NCBI GenBank assembly: GCA_964406325.1
Contig: CAYORE010000018.1
Span: 1 to 37,461 of the forward strand
Source of the DNA: an uncultured Bdellovibrionales bacterium
GTDB taxonomy: Bacteria > Patescibacteriota > Minisyncoccia > Moranbacterales > DUUL01
Direction of reading: 5' to 3'
Length of the DNA: 37,461 bases
The notes beneath the pieces were generated by a model. The model saw only the letters and a list, made by a program, of their open reading frames with translations. It made no database searches and was not told the origin of the DNA. The position numbers and the translations under genes are program-made. Shown here one piece after another: positions 9,662-17,854 of the stretch (position 1 is the stretch's first letter; each line of letters opens with the position of its first letter).

Positions 9662-10471
9662 TTAAGAATTATTTATTTTATTAAAGTAAATGGAAACATC
9701 TTTAATCCATTTGGAAACACTTTCCGGTGAATGATTGGCACAAGAATTGCCACACTTCCAAATAATCATTTTGTCGGGAGTGTTACGATGTTGAGCAATG
9801 GCCAAAGTTTGCAGTCTTTTGGCAACCGTTTCAACGGCGTCTTCCGGACTGTCAAAACAGGTGTGTCCACCGGTGCCCATTCGCACTCTCTTTCCACGAT
9901 AGCCCCAATAGTTGAAACAATCTTGTCCGTTAAGCTTAGGGGAATGTTTTCCCAGTTGACTTTCTTTAAGGGCGATACCAACCAAAAAAGCGGCGATAAG
10001 TTTATCTTGTTGACTAATCGGTTCAATCATTTTTTCCATCGGTGTACCCGATAAGATTAAGTTAAGTTGTTTTTTTAAATTATCCTCCGTTTGATTTTGT
10101 TTTATCTTCTCTTGTATTTTTTTAAAATCGTTTTTGTTTATTTGTTGCAGACTGATAGACGAACTTGAACAAACTTTCGTTTGTTTTTTCTTTTTCACTT
10201 TTTTCGGGGAAGGAGTTTTTTGGGAGGAAATATTCGCAGAGAGTAGTTGTTTTTCCGGAGAGAATATTTTTTCCAACTCATCATTGATTATATGCGAAGT
10301 ATCGGAAGTATTCGGAATATTTGATATTTTGGCTTGACTTGATTGAGAATAAAAAAAGCCACCAATAACAATAACTAAGGTCGCTCCGATAAGAAATAGA
10401 GATTTATTTGTTAGATTGTTTGTTGAGTAATTATTGGTCGGTTGATGTTTGACCAATGAATAAAGTTTCAT
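9662..10471 (-). CDS. Membrane-anchored hypothetical protein, shorter paralog of the 8119-9420 product
   Basis: 269 aa with an N-terminal TM (LFLIGATLVIVIGGFFY) and a Ser/Lys-rich linker. It has the same conserved C-terminal domain with four conserved Cys. Confidence 0.8.
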   Translation of the reverse strand: MKLYSLVKHQPTNNYSTNNLTNKSLFLIGATLVIVIGGFFYSQSSQAKISNIPNTSDTSHIINDELEKIFSPEKQLLSANISSQKTPSPKKVKKKKQTKVCSSSSISLQQINKNDFKKIQEKIKQNQTEDNLKKQLNLILSGTPMEKMIEPISQQDKLIAAFLVGIALKESQLGKHSPKLNGQDCFNYWGYRGKRVRMGTGGHTCFDSPEDAVETVAKRLQTLAIAQHRNTPDKMIIWKCGNSCANHSPESVSKWIKDVSIYFNKINNS

Positions 10472-10606
10472 AAATCATTATTAATATATTAGTCAATTAC
10501 ATCAAGGTATAATCCCTTAATGCAATTGCCCAAAATTTTTCAAAAACAATTGATTTCGAAAAGATTTTTGGGAATAAAAAAGTGCTTTGATTTAAGCACG
10601 GATTTC

Positions 10607-10635
10607 AGTATATTAAAAATACAAATTATTGTCAA
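10607..10635 (-). promoter_or_regulatory. Sigma70-like promoter for the 9662-10471 gene
   Basis: Minus strand reads TTGACA, a 17-nt spacer, then TATACT, about 135 nt upstream of the start codon. Confidence 0.45.
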
Positions 10636-10686
10636 GTGTGGACAACTGTGATATTATAAACTTTGTGTGACGGATTTACCGGTCTA

Positions 10687-10714
10687 TTGACAAATTTTTT
10701 ATTTATAGTAAGAT
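10687..10714 (+). promoter_or_regulatory. Sigma70-like promoter upstream of tRNA-Glu / greA
   Basis: TTGACA (10687-10692), a 16-nt spacer, then TAAGAT (10709-10714). Confidence 0.4.
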
Positions 10715-10825
10715 GTATGGCATTGAGTGTTTGCAAGTTGATGATTAGACGGCGGAAAAGGGAGTGAAAATTGTTTAATTTAACAATTTGGTAAATAAAA
10801 AAACGGTTATTTAAATTATTTATTT

Positions 10826-10897
10826 GGCGCCATCGTCTAGTGGTTAGGACGCCAGGTTTTCATCCTGGTAACGGGGGTTCGATTCCCCCTGGCGCTA
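10826..10897 (+). tRNA. tRNA-Glu (anticodon UUC)
   Basis: Manual cloverleaf: acceptor GGCGCCA/TGGCGCT, D arm GTCT-AGTGGTTA-GGAC, anticodon arm CCAGG-TTTTCAT-CCTGG, T arm GGGGG-TTCGATT-CCCCC, discriminator A. CCA is not encoded. Confidence 0.9.
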
Positions 10898-10959
10898 CGG
10901 AACGGACGAAGCGGGACGATTACTTAATCAAAAAACATTAACGGATTAAATTAAAATAA

Positions 10960-11424
10960 ATGACACAAAAATACTTAACTAAAGCCGGTTACGAAAAATT
11001 GAAAGCAGAGTTGGATGATTGTAAGTTGAATAAAAGAAAAAAAATTGCCCAAGCGATTAAAGAAGCTAAAGAACAAGGTGATTTAAGTGAAAATGCTGAA
11101 TACACCGAAGCAAAAAGACAACAACGAGAGAATGAATCGCGAATTATGAAATTGGAAAATATTATCAGAACAGCAGAAGTTATTAGCGATGATGTTTCTA
11201 CTGATAGCGTACAGATAGGATGTGTTATTGATATTGAAGCCAAGGGAGTTAAGAGTACCTTCCACATTGTCGGAGCCAATGAAGCGGATCCGGCTAAGGG
11301 TTTTATCTCCAATGAATCACCGATTGGAGAGGGTTTGATGGGAAAGAAGAAAGGGGAAACGGTTGATATTGTTTTGCCAAACGGTAAAAAAGTACAGTAT
11401 AAAATCATTTCCATTAAGAGGTAA
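10960..11424 (+). CDS. greA: Transcription elongation factor GreA
   Basis: 154 aa. The N-terminal coiled-coil carries the GDLSENAEY acidic tip motif. The C-terminal domain has ISNESPIGEGLMGKKKGE. Confidence 0.9.
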   Translation: MTQKYLTKAGYEKLKAELDDCKLNKRKKIAQAIKEAKEQGDLSENAEYTEAKRQQRENESRIMKLENIIRTAEVISDDVSTDSVQIGCVIDIEAKGVKSTFHIVGANEADPAKGFISNESPIGEGLMGKKKGETVDIVLPNGKKVQYKIISIKR

Positions 11425-11432
11425 TACCTCTT
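11416..11432 (+). terminator. Weak hairpin overlapping the greA stop codon
   Basis: 6-bp stem aagagg/cctctt with a 5-nt loop, followed by T-rich sequence. Confidence 0.3.
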
Positions 11433-11683
11433 TATTATTGACAGTCTGATTGCCGAAGTGTAAATTTTTCAAAAAAGTCCGAATTGGAAAAAATTAACAG
11501 TACTCAGAATTTAGAGGCAATTCTCTTATTTAATAAAAAATCATTTTTCGCAACTGAGAGCGGGAAATGATTTTTTATTTGTTGATTTTTATAAAATGAG
11601 GTATAATTTTAATGTGTTACAATATTGTCAAAAGTAATATTTTGATAAATTTAAGTAAATCCGGAAAATAAAATAAAAATATA

Positions 11684-13216
11684 ATGCCTAAACAAAAAGA
11701 TTCAATAAATGCTCGGTTGTTGGGAGTAGAAAAAGAAGAACAAAGCGGTCCCTTTAAAAGACTGCGAGTTTTTGGTTTGACAAATATTAAGTCTCTAGGA
11801 AAACAAGTTGCCGGAGATATTAAAGAAAAGACTAAAAGAATTTTTTCCGGAGCTTTAAATTGGTTTCGGGGAGATGGTGATGAAAGCAATGAGAGGAGAG
11901 TAGATGGAGGTGGAGAAAATGTGTACGATTTGGATAGTGACGCTCCGGATAATGGTATGGAGGATAATGGTATGGAACGAAGCGAAAGAAATGAAAAAAA
12001 AATTGCCGAGTTTGAGGTTTATGGGCTTAATGATTTGTATAATAAACTAAAAGAAATTTATTTTCAAGCGAATGAAGGCAGGAGAAGGAGGGGTGAAAAG
12101 CTAAAGGATAAGGAAAGTATTAAAATTATGATTTTGAGACAGATTGTCAATTTTGAGAGAGGTGTAGTTAAAAAATGTACTCAGGTGTATGGTATGTCTG
12201 AAGAAGATGGGCTTAAATTTGTTGGTCGTCGCTTTTTTTTAGCTGGTCAAGCAATTAATGCTCCGACATTTAAATTGGTGCTGACGACAGGGAGTGATGG
12301 AAAGCGACGCGTTAAATTAATTTCCGATAATTTTCTCACTTTTATGCCGGGGCCAAAGAAAAAAAGGGAGGAGGTTGATACAATTATTAATGAGATAGTG
12401 AGTGACGGAGGATTAACAGTTGAGAGGGATATTGGAAAAACGAGTAGCAGGCGGGACAAGAGAAGAAAAAGAGAAGATGGGCGTGAGTGGAAAGAAAATA
12501 AAAAAGAAGTGAGTATTCCCTCTTTACTACCAACCGCTTTGAGTGAAGTTTTAAGAGAGGCCGGCAGTGAGTTGAAAGGGCAGGTTAATTTTTATAATGA
12601 TTATCACGAAGTATTTGAAATGCCGGTTGAAAAAATCGTTAAAATTTTAGACAAATTAAAACAAAAAGGGGAGTTTACCCAAGAGGATCAGGAGAAAATT
12701 GATAAGGTGTTACACCTTTTAATTGGTGAAAATTCCAAAAGAGATACTTTGGATGATTATTTAAATAAATATTTGTGGGGAGAAGAGGTGACAAGAATTT
12801 ATCAAGAGATAAAAGAGAAGTTTTTAGATGAGGAAAAAGATATTGATAGTATGCCAGCCAAGCAACTTCTGGGTGAAGTGGTCGCCAAGACGAGTGTTTT
12901 TTCCAGTCAATTTATAGCTGATTTATTTAAATTAATGCCCAAAATTAAAGAAAGCCCTCCCGGTAATAACGAAACTCTCAAAGTGTACTTTACCAGATTG
13001 TTGCAAGGTAAAATTAATAACAATAAAGAACAAAGGAAAAAGTTTGAAATGCGTTCCAAAGTTGTAGTTGGTTTTGTGCGAAGAGTAGCCCCTATTTTAC
13101 ACAAATTTATATTGTTGGATAAATACAGAAATTTAAGTAATAAGAACAGAAAGCATGGAGGTAAGGGCGACAATGCTCGGGAAGTACCGTATTATGATCG
13201 AATAGTTCCTGAATAA
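11684..13216 (+). CDS. Hypothetical protein (highly charged orphan, no recognisable domain)
   Basis: 510-aa ORF preceded by a GGTATAAT -10-like box at about 11600. Several K/R/E-rich stretches. Contains a 15-bp in-frame tandem duplication (DNGME x2, 11948-11977). Confidence 0.65.
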   Translation: MPKQKDSINARLLGVEKEEQSGPFKRLRVFGLTNIKSLGKQVAGDIKEKTKRIFSGALNWFRGDGDESNERRVDGGGENVYDLDSDAPDNGMEDNGMERSERNEKKIAEFEVYGLNDLYNKLKEIYFQANEGRRRRGEKLKDKESIKIMILRQIVNFERGVVKKCTQVYGMSEEDGLKFVGRRFFLAGQAINAPTFKLVLTTGSDGKRRVKLISDNFLTFMPGPKKKREEVDTIINEIVSDGGLTVERDIGKTSSRRDKRRKREDGREWKENKKEVSIPSLLPTALSEVLREAGSELKGQVNFYNDYHEVFEMPVEKIVKILDKLKQKGEFTQEDQEKIDKVLHLLIGENSKRDTLDDYLNKYLWGEEVTRIYQEIKEKFLDEEKDIDSMPAKQLLGEVVAKTSVFSSQFIADLFKLMPKIKESPPGNNETLKVYFTRLLQGKINNNKEQRKKFEMRSKVVVGFVRRVAPILHKFILLDKYRNLSNKNRKHGGKGDNAREVPYYDRIVPE

Positions 13217-13309
13217 AAAATAAAAATAAAACAAAAAAGAGTAAATAAAGATACTGACTGATTGCATCGGTCTTAATAAAAAATAAAGAATAATAATTTT
13301 CAAAAAAAT

Positions 13310-13615
13310 ATGGAAAAAGTTTTAGAAGATATTGTTGACGAATTATTATCCGAAACTGATTTAAGCGGTTATTCTTCGGAAGAATTGATGGATTTGAAAA
13401 TTAAAATATTGGATAACTTTTATGAAGAGATTATTTTACGGGCGATTGAGCAAATTGATTACAATAATAAGGAAATATTTTTAAATAACTTGAGAAAAAG
13501 TGAAGGTGATGTTGATTCGGTAATGGAAGTAATTGGAAAATACATCACCGAACCGGAGAAATTAATTGGAGAAACAATAACTGTTTTTAAAAAAGATATA
13601 AAAAAGTATTTGTAA
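13310..13615 (+). CDS. Small acidic helical protein, DUF5663-like (tentative)
   Basis: 101 aa. The pattern LSGYSSEELMDLKIKILDNFYEEIILRAIEQI...FLNNL resembles the DUF5663 family as I recall it. This was not verified by a search. Confidence 0.5.
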   Translation: MEKVLEDIVDELLSETDLSGYSSEELMDLKIKILDNFYEEIILRAIEQIDYNNKEIFLNNLRKSEGDVDSVMEVIGKYITEPEKLIGETITVFKKDIKKYL

Positions 13616-13638
13616 TTGTGTTTTAAAGGGTAATTTAA

Positions 13639-13674
13639 AAATCAAAAACCGGTTTTAAAACCGGTTTTTGATTT
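13639..13674. terminator. Bidirectional terminator between the 13310-13615 gene and gyrA
   Basis: 14-bp perfect stem aaatcaaaaaccgg / ccggtttttgattt around ttttaaaa, lying between convergent 3' ends. Confidence 0.65.
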
Positions 13675-13704
13675 CCGAAATATAACATTGCTCTTAATTA
13701 TTCG

Positions 13705-16164
13705 CTACATCACGGTAACGGCGGCAATTTTTTCTCCGGCTTTAAGGTTCATAATTTTAACTCCCTGAGTGGCTCGTCCCAGAGTGGAGATTGAATCTAC
13801 GGCTGTACGAATAATCTGACCCTTATTGGAGCTGGCAATTAAAGTTGCCTCTTTGTTCTCAATTTCATCAATCACTCGACTGGATACCAAATGACCGACC
13901 TTGGGAGTAACTTTTAAAGTTTTCAAGCCGGAACCGCTTCTGGTTTGTTTTTTGTATTTACCGATAGGAGTTTTTTTACTGTAACCATTTTCGGTAATTA
14001 CCAATAGAAGCGGTTTTTGCATGTCTTTTCTGACAACATTCATACCCACCACTTGATCATCTTTTTTCAAACGAATGGCCTTAACACCGGCGGCATTTCT
14101 TCCCATCGGTCTTACCTGAGTTTCATTAAAGTGAATGGCTTGACCGTTTTTGGTGGTGATGATAATACTGTCTTTACCGGAGGTTGTTTGCACCCAATTT
14201 AAAGTGTCGCCTTTGGCCAATTTAATAGCGATTAAACCGCTTCGCCGTACTTTTTCAAAGTCTTTTAAGGCGGTTTTTTTAATTTTTCCCTGAGCGGTTT
14301 GCATAACCATAAATTTAGCATCACCATCTTTCGGAATTGGCAAAACAGCGGTTATTTTTTCATTGGAGTCTATTTGTAAGAAATTTACAATGGATTGCCC
14401 TTTGGCGGTTCGGGAAGAAACCGGCAATTCATAGGCCTTAATACAAAATACCTTTCCGGTGTCGGTAAAGAAAAATAAGTCATCGTGAGTCATAGCTCCC
14501 AAGACCTTGTCAACGGCGTCACCTTCTTTAATATTTCCACCGATAATTCCTCGTCCGCCCCGTTTTTGAGTACGAAAAGCGGTGGTAGGCAATCTTTTAA
14601 TATAACCATCTTCAGTTATGCTAATGATGGTTTCTTCGTTTGCTACCAAATCCTCCTGAGAAAAGTCACCAACCTTACCTTTAACAACTTTAGTGCGACG
14701 GGGAGTGCCGTATTTTTCTTTTAGATATAAAAGTTCATCCTTGATAATTTTTAAGATTTTTTTCGGACTTTTTAAGATGGCTTCCAAATTCCTGATTATT
14801 CTTAATTTTTCTTTTAACTCATCTTCTATTTTTTTTCTTTCCAAACCGGCTAGGGTTTGCAATTTCATTTCCAGAATGGCCTCCGCTTGCCGATCGGATA
14901 ATTTAAATTTTTTCACCAAATTTTTGTGAGCGGTTTCTTTGGTGCGAGATTGTTTGATGGTTTTGATGACAGCATCAATATGATCCAGAGCTATCTTCAA
15001 TCCTTCTAAAATATGAGCTCTTTCTTTAGCTTTATTTAATTCAAATTGTACTCGACGAGTTACAACACTTTGTCGATGAGAAATGTATTCTTCCAAAATT
15101 GATTTTAAATTGAGAATTCTCGGTTCAATACCATTAACCAATGCTAACATATTGAGATGAAAGGTTTTTTGCAGTTCGGTCATTTTGTATAAAAGATTGA
15201 GAATTTTTTTCGGAAAAGCGTCTTTTTTAAGTTCAATAACCACCCGAACACCATCTCGATCCGACTCATCGCGAATATCTTTAATTCCTTGAATTTTTCC
15301 CTCTTTGACCAAGTCGGCCAACTTAAGAATCAAATTAGCTTTATTGGTTTGGTAGGTTAATTCACTGATAATAATACTGAATTTTCCTTTGGAGTTTTCC
15401 ACTATATCCGCCTTAGCTCTGGTGACAATACCACCTTTGCCGGTCTGGTAGGCCTCTAAAATATCTTTTTGATTATAAATTATGCCGGCAGTGGGGAAGT
15501 CCGGTCCTTTGATAAATTGCAACAATTCCTCCACGGAGGCATTTTTGTGATCTATTAAATAAACCAATCCGTCGATCAATTCTTCCAAATTATGAGGAGG
15601 AATGTTGGTGGCCATACCAACGGCAATTCCCATAGTACCGTTTAACAATAACTGAGGAAGTTTGGCGGGGAGAAAAGCCGGTTCCTTACGAGTCCCATCA
15701 TAATTATCCACCCAGTCAACCGTATCTTTTTCTATGTCCACTAACATTTCTTCCGCTACGGCGGAAAGGCGAGCTTCGGTATAACGCATAGCTGCCGCTC
15801 CGTCTCCGTCCATTGAGCCAAAGTTACCCTGTCCGTCAATCAAAGGATCTCGCAGAGAAAAGTCTTGAGCCATTCTTACCATAGCTTCGTAAACGGCGGA
15901 GTCTCCGTGAGGATGGTATTTACCCAACACCTCTCCAACTACAGTGGCCGATTTTCTAAATTTGGCATTGTGCTTTAATCCCAGTTTCCACATGGCGTAA
16001 AGAATTCGCCGTTGGACCGGTTTTAGTCCGTCTCGAACATCCGGTAACGCCCGAGAGACGATAACACTCATAGCGTAAGATAAATATGATTCCTCCATTT
16101 CTTGTACTATCGGTCTGTTTTGAATTTTCCCGATAGCATTTTCTGTTTCCGGTTTTTTGGTCAT
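13705..16164 (-). CDS. gyrA: DNA gyrase subunit A
   Basis: 819 aa. N-terminus [43 protein letters not shown] with the catalytic Tyr, and a C-terminal beta-pinwheel repeat region. Confidence 0.95.
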   Translation of the reverse strand: MTKKPETENAIGKIQNRPIVQEMEESYLSYAMSVIVSRALPDVRDGLKPVQRRILYAMWKLGLKHNAKFRKSATVVGEVLGKYHPHGDSAVYEAMVRMAQDFSLRDPLIDGQGNFGSMDGDGAAAMRYTEARLSAVAEEMLVDIEKDTVDWVDNYDGTRKEPAFLPAKLPQLLLNGTMGIAVGMATNIPPHNLEELIDGLVYLIDHKNASVEELLQFIKGPDFPTAGIIYNQKDILEAYQTGKGGIVTRAKADIVENSKGKFSIIISELTYQTNKANLILKLADLVKEGKIQGIKDIRDESDRDGVRVVIELKKDAFPKKILNLLYKMTELQKTFHLNMLALVNGIEPRILNLKSILEEYISHRQSVVTRRVQFELNKAKERAHILEGLKIALDHIDAVIKTIKQSRTKETAHKNLVKKFKLSDRQAEAILEMKLQTLAGLERKKIEDELKEKLRIIRNLEAILKSPKKILKIIKDELLYLKEKYGTPRRTKVVKGKVGDFSQEDLVANEETIISITEDGYIKRLPTTAFRTQKRGGRGIIGGNIKEGDAVDKVLGAMTHDDLFFFTDTGKVFCIKAYELPVSSRTAKGQSIVNFLQIDSNEKITAVLPIPKDGDAKFMVMQTAQGKIKKTALKDFEKVRRSGLIAIKLAKGDTLNWVQTTSGKDSIIITTKNGQAIHFNETQVRPMGRNAAGVKAIRLKKDDQVVGMNVVRKDMQKPLLLVITENGYSKKTPIGKYKKQTRSGSGLKTLKVTPKVGHLVSSRVIDEIENKEATLIASSNKGQIIRTAVDSISTLGRATQGVKIMNLKAGEKIAAVTVM

Positions 16165-16165
16165 A

Positions 16166-16226
16166 ATTTTTTATTTAACAATAATATCTTTTTTTATTTA
16201 ATAATAATATCTTTTTTTATTTAACG
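16166..16226. repeat. 23-bp AT-rich tandem repeat (2 full units plus a partial unit) immediately upstream of the gyrA start codon
   Basis: Units atttaacaataatatcttttttt (16173-16195) and atttaataataatatcttttttt (16196-16218) differ at one position. A partial atttaacgg begins at 16219. Confidence 0.85.
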
Positions 16227-16236
16227 GTTATTTTTC

Positions 16237-16488
16237 TTAATTATTTTTTGTTTCCATATTCTTTTCTAATTCGCTGGGAATTGTCTGTTTGTTATTTATG
16301 GATGGCAGACTTTCACGAAATTGTTCAGTGGCCGTTTTCTGAGGTTCCTTGTCCTTGAATACTTTTTTAACGTTGTATCGGGTTATAATAAGCCAAATGA
16401 TAAAAATAACAATCCCAATCAGGGCGGTAACAACAAAAGCCACTCTGCGACGATAACTTTCTGATTTTGTTAGTAATTCATCCAGCAT
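16237..16488 (-). CDS. Small single-TM hypothetical protein
   Basis: 83-aa ORF with TM VAFVVTALIGIVIFIIWLIIT, tightly packed between the MBL-fold gene and gyrA. Confidence 0.5.
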   Translation of the reverse strand: MLDELLTKSESYRRRVAFVVTALIGIVIFIIWLIITRYNVKKVFKDKEPQKTATEQFRESLPSINNKQTIPSELEKNMETKNN

Positions 16489-16494
16489 ATTTTT

Positions 16495-17151
16495 TTAGCT
16501 AACCTTTAAAACAACCAAATTATTTTCCAGGTCTTTAACATTTTTTTCTTTAATAACCAGTTTTGTTTCTCCTTGTTGACGAGCACTGCCAAATTCTTTA
16601 CAGAAATCTTGGCAACCATTTATCTTATCTTTTAATCCCTTTACTTTGTAATTCATTGGGATGATAATGCCCGGTTCCAACTGCCCGATTATTTCTTTAA
16701 TTTGCTTAAGAGTTAAAAGATCCTCCCTGCCAACGGGAATTAATAAAATATCAACTTCACCAATATTATCCACCTGTTCCTCGTTAAGGACATGTCCGAT
16801 ATTTCCCAAATGACAAACTCTAATTCCCTCACTTTCTATGGTAAAAATGGTATTTCGTCCTCGCAATTCACCGCCTTTGTCGTCTTGAAAGGATTCTATG
16901 CCCGTAATATTCACTCCTTTAATACTGTATTCTCCGGCAGAATCAATTGTAAACGGTTCGCCCTTAAATCTTTTTAGATCATTTTTGGTATAATTAATGT
17001 TGGATAAGGTGACAATGTTTGTCTGTCCTTGTGGTGGTCTTAATCCTATTTTTTTATTAAAAGGATCGGTAACAATGATTGTATCATTATCCCCCCGTTT
17101 TGCTTTTGTTTGGATTTTAAAGCAATTTTCTCCATACCAAGATAAATGCAT
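16495..17151 (-). CDS. MBL-fold (UPF0173 / Lactamase_B_3-like) protein lacking the canonical HxHxDH motif
   Basis: 218 aa. Start MHLSWYGENCFKIQT, then VTDPF and CHLGNIGH typical of this family. The position of the usual HGHxDH motif reads TLSNINY. Confidence 0.65.
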   Translation of the reverse strand: MHLSWYGENCFKIQTKAKRGDNDTIIVTDPFNKKIGLRPPQGQTNIVTLSNINYTKNDLKRFKGEPFTIDSAGEYSIKGVNITGIESFQDDKGGELRGRNTIFTIESEGIRVCHLGNIGHVLNEEQVDNIGEVDILLIPVGREDLLTLKQIKEIIGQLEPGIIIPMNYKVKGLKDKINGCQDFCKEFGSARQQGETKLVIKEKNVKDLENNLVVLKVS

Positions 17152-17311
17152 ATTTTTATTATTTATAATTTTATTTAGTTTGTGGACAATTAAACAAAGA
17201 ATGTTGACAAGAAATTATCAGACAACAAGAGTTTTGAATAATCGCTTAAAACGGTTTTCGCTACCTGTTTATTCTATCATATTGTAAATATTTTATCAAT
17301 ATTGACAAGGG

Positions 17312-17340
17312 TTGACTTTTGATTAAATCGGGGGTATATT
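17312..17340 (+). promoter_or_regulatory. Sigma70-like promoter upstream of tRNA-Pro
   Basis: TTGACT (17312-17317), a 17-nt spacer, then TATATT (17335-17340), about 65 nt upstream of the mature tRNA 5' end. Confidence 0.5.
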
Positions 17341-17409
17341 TAGTAAAGTGATATTTCAGAACGATTTAATTAAGTTGATTAAATAAGAAATTTTAATATT
17401 TGTCAAAAG

Positions 17410-17482
17410 CGGGGCATGGTGTCAACGGCTAGCACGCACGGTTTGGGACCGTGTAGACTGGGTTCGAATCCCAGTGCCCCGA
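17410..17482 (+). tRNA. tRNA-Pro (anticodon UGG)
   Basis: Manual cloverleaf: acceptor CGGGGCA/TGCCCCG, anticodon arm CACGG-TTTGGGA-CCGTG, T arm CTGGG-TTCGAAT-CCCAG, discriminator A. CCA is not encoded. Confidence 0.9.
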
Positions 17483-17695
17483 CAGGAAGATCACCCGCGC
17501 GGTGATTTTTTATTTTAATTTTTATTTTCTGGCAGAAGGGTACAGTGTGATAGAAAGCACTGGGATTCGAAGGGCGTTAAGAAAAATTCGAGCGAAAAGC
17601 GAGGATTTTTTAGCCCCGGCCCGAAGGGGAATCCCAGTGCCCCGACAGGAAGATCACCCGCGCGGTGATTTTTTTTATTTTAATTTTTATTTTTT
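17466..17695 (+). repeat. Direct repeat of the tRNA-Pro T-loop-to-3'-end plus terminator (17466-17528 and 17629-17695) bracketing a 100-nt GC-rich insert
   Basis: The two copies are identical except for T-run lengths, with an offset of 163 bp. The insert contains a T-arm-like ctgggattcgaa. gcactggga (17557-17565) is complementary to tcccagtgc (17632-17640). Confidence 0.9.
17490..17511 (+). terminator. Intrinsic terminator of tRNA-Pro
   Basis: Stem atcacc/ggtgat (6 bp) with loop cgcgc, followed by a 6-T run. An identical hairpin recurs at 17653-17676. Confidence 0.6.
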
Positions 17696-17784
17696 ATAAA
17701 AACTGACGAATAAAAGAAAGATAAATGAACAAAGGGAAGATAGGTAAATAAAAGAATGAGGGAAAAATAAACAAAAATAACATG

Positions 17785-17854
17785 CACTACCATATTACGA
17801 AATATGGTAGTGGTAAACAAAAATAGCATACTACTATATTTCGTAATATGGTAG
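17785..17854. repeat. Two related palindromes (28 nt and 24 nt) spaced 44 bp centre to centre
   Basis: cactaccatatt-acga-aatatggtagtg (17785-17812) has perfect 12-bp arms. ctactatatt-tcgt-aatatggtag (17831-17854) has 10-bp arms with one T:G position. The central tetranucleotides are reverse complements of each other. Confidence 0.85.

Noticed and set aside
8164-10057. Possible DGR template/variable repeat pair in the two paralogous domains
   Set aside because: No reverse transcriptase is present in the window. The differences I checked in the conserved stretches are transitions, the pattern expected of ordinary paralog divergence. They do not show the adenine-specific substitutions of a DGR.
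10989-11414. 141-aa minus-strand ORF
   Set aside because: It is antisense to greA, whose product is unmistakable. This is a shadow ORF typical of AT-rich DNA.
17502-17699. 65-aa plus-strand ORF between the tRNA-Pro copies
   Set aside because: It starts and ends in the repeated terminator/AT tail (the identical FYFNFYFL ends are a translation of the repeat). It has no RBS and spans tRNA-derived sequence.
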